From the human T2T-CHM13v2.0 reference genome, Homo sapiens: DNA of 64,000 nt. The DNA lies in assembly GCF_009914755.1 (NCBI RefSeq), contig NC_060932.1; one strand, 5' to 3'. A model generated the notes under the pieces. That model was not told the origin of the DNA, did no database searches, and saw only the letters and a list, made by a program, of their open reading frames with translations. Below, piece after piece: positions 61,336 through 64,000 of this stretch. The position numbers and the translations under genes are program-made. Numbering within the stretch: position 1 is the first letter of the stretch; the number at the start of each line of letters is the position of its first letter.

Positions 61336-62454
61336 TTTGCTCTGTGGTTAACACAGGTTCAGCAGGGGAGACGTACAAATAAATACGTATTTACAAATGG
61401 CCATGTTTTCTTATCTAGGCTTTTCTATATGTAGAAAAGCAGAGGGACTAGATCTTGATTCCCCCTTCCTTCTTTATTAAAGCAGGGCCCAGAGTTATTT
61501 ATTTTTTGGTTTTATAGAACTGTAGAACTGCCACAAGTAAAGACACAATTAATCATTAGTGACAGACGAAGGGATGTTTGGCAGAACACAGATGTGTTGC
61601 CAATCTATAGGCCATTAAGTGACGACGGGAAAAAAGGAGGGTTAGGGGAAAAAGCATAAATGCAGAGGCCTGTGGATTTTGAGTGGGTTTTGTTCTTGTA
61701 CCATTTCCCAACTCTGGAATGTTTCATCTGCCAGGCCTGTCTAAACACTGGATTGTATCTGGCATTTTTAAGTTTTTAGTGTCAAATGAATTTTCTTGGT
61801 GTCCAAGCCAGAATCTTTTGGTAACTAGGTAACAATTCCAAACTATGGGTAACATGAGCTTCAAGCCAATGTATAAAATCCTCTTTTTGGTCTCTCTTGT
61901 GTTATTACCATTTTACTCTATAGTAAAACCTGAGGAAGGAAAATGAGGGAAGGAAGAGATACACAGAGTGACCGTGGAAAAAGTTCAGGTAACACCATAA
62001 ATCTTGAAAGCCAAGTTGACCTTGAGCCCAAGTCTAGCAGAGCTGCATCTAAGGAGTGGGCCAGGGAGTGGGGGAGCCTGCAGCTCTGCACCCTGCCTCC
62101 CCTGCCTCTTCCTTCCTTCCTATGATACATTTTTGAGATGACAAATCACAAGAGTATCTGGGATGTAATGGACTAAGCTGTGTTAAGATGTACCCAAAAT
62201 TTCATGTTTCACAAAATTGCAATTAAAGCAAAAATGAGGATGACAACTCCTTAGGGATACAAACGTCTTCCTTGACGACCTGCTCAAAAGACATCTACAA
62301 AGCAAAGCTTCTTAAAAGGGATTTTGACACCAGGAGCTTGTGTTTTGACACTGGAATGTGCCTGGAAAACAATTCTTGGGCCCCTTTGATGCCTGGTGCT
62401 ATCTAACCCACAGTGAGAAGGCTGTGAAGAGGAGGGCGCAAAATAAAGCCCAAG

Positions 62455-62652
62455 TGGTCCTCACAGCGCAGCCCCTGCAGCCCCTGATGGTGGGGAAACA
62501 TCAGTCACCTGAGGAATTAACGAACATGCCGGTTAAAATGCTCCCACCTCAGAGATTCTGATTCAGTAGCTCTGGGGAAGGATCTGCACATCCACATTTA
62601 AAGAAATTTCTGACGCTGATGGTTTGGAGACCTCCCTTTGAGAAGCACTGCC
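62455..62652. mobile_element. MER5-type element
   Basis: cagagattctgattcagtagctctggg...tttgagaagcactg. Confidence 0.65.
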
Positions 62653-63309
62653 GTATGTTCTGAAGGAAGAGAACCAACAGCATGGTGATGGACTAGGCTC
62701 AGAGGGAGGCCTCCGCTGGGAACCTGACTTGGGTAGATTTGCCCCAGGACTTCAGGAAGGGGAGACCTGGTGCCCAGCTGCATTCCTCGTTGAGTTGTGT
62801 CATTCCATTCTTACTAAAGCCTTTGGCAAAGTTTTGTGAACCTGCCCTGGGAAGCAGCTGGCATGGTGTGGAGGTAGTTGGCTGGCAGGAAGTGTAGAGA
62901 GGACAAGCCAGGGCAGGGTTTGGTGTAAGTGGTGAGAGGCACCCGCCATGCTGTGTGAGTAGATCCATCCCTTGGACTCTGGCACTATCTGGGAGCATAC
63001 ACGACATCCTGCTGTCAGGGCACAGTGACTCAAGGCCAGGGTGACAAAGGCCAAGAAGTAGGACAAGAGGACAAAGAGACACACAGCTACACCTGGGAGA
63101 TGTGGGCATCAGAAACTTGTTCACTTTCTGAATCACCCTCCTCATGACCACTGGACCAAACCTGCCTTCCCTTCTCCCCGCTTAGGCATGGATCCTTTCC
63201 CAGATGGGGCCTCACCTTTCCTTCACTTTCCAAGAAGGCCTGGTCTCCTCTGAGTCCCAGTAATGAACCAGGGTGGTTGGTCAGAAGCTAGGATGATCAC
63301 TATGTGTGT

Positions 63310-64000
63310 GTTTTTTTAAGTATATGCCCATTTTCTAAAAAAATGGAGGCAGAATTCACGTGAAATTAACCATTTTAAAATATGTAATTTGTTATGTTAG
63401 CATTTAGTACATTTGCAATGTTATGCAACCATTAACACTATCTAGTTCTAAAACTTTTTTCCTTTTAAATTGACTGCTTTTAGAGTAGTTTCAGGTTGTC
63501 AGTAAAATGGAGCAGAAAGTACAAAGAATTCCCACGTACACCCTGCCTCCATCACACAACCCCATCACCATGACACATTTGTTACAGTCAGTGAACTGAC
63601 ATTGACATGTCATTATCACCCAGACTCCAGCGTTCACATTAGGGTTCACTGTTGGTGTTATACACTCCATGGGTTTGCACAAGAGATGACGTGTATCTAT
63701 TACAGTAGCATACAGAATAGTTTCACTGCCCTAAAAATCCTCCAGACCTCTGCCTATTCATCCCTTCTTCCTCTCTAACCTCTGGCAGCCACTGATCTTT
63801 TTACTGTCTCCATAGTTTTCACTTTCCGGAATGTCATATAGTTGGCAGCATGCATTACGTAGCCTTTTCAGATTAGCATCTTTCACTGAGTAATATGCAT
63901 TTAAGTTGCCTTCATTTTTTTATGGCTTGATAACACATTTCTTTCTAGCACTGAATTATATACTATTGTTTGGATGTCACATCGTTTATTTGTTGAGAGA
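63310..64000 (-). mobile_element. Old L1M (L1MB/L1MC-like) 3' fragments running off the window
   Basis: acatttgttacagtcagtgaactgacattgaca...ccactgatctttttactgtctccatagtttt...gccttttcagatt. Confidence 0.85.

Overview
Primate (human-like) non-coding DNA, intergenic or deep intronic. I found no credible host protein-coding exon, RNA gene or CRISPR array. The only ORFs with recognisable products are broken LINE-1 ORF1/ORF2/ORF0 pieces; the rest are Alu, L2 or LTR translations or chance ORFs. The window is dominated by transposable elements: a full-length (~6.1 kb) but frameshifted L1PA on the minus strand with a 17-bp TSD, a short 5'-inverted (twin-primed) L1PA, an LTR12/ERV9 solo LTR with a CCAAT array, about 21 Alus, MaLR/ERVL LTRs, old L1M, L2, L3 and MIR copies, and Tigger4a, MADE and MER5 DNA elements. 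The best unique-sequence signals are a CpG-rich patch with eight TGACG half-sites (8.3-8.9 kb), two good CTCF motifs in divergent orientation (0.28 and 11.75 kb), a second CpG-rich motif patch at 45.4 kb, and an unexplained 19-bp direct repeat 2 kb apart. I see no convincing novel biological system. Subfamily names come from recalled consensus sequences, not a database search, and I could not identify the locus.
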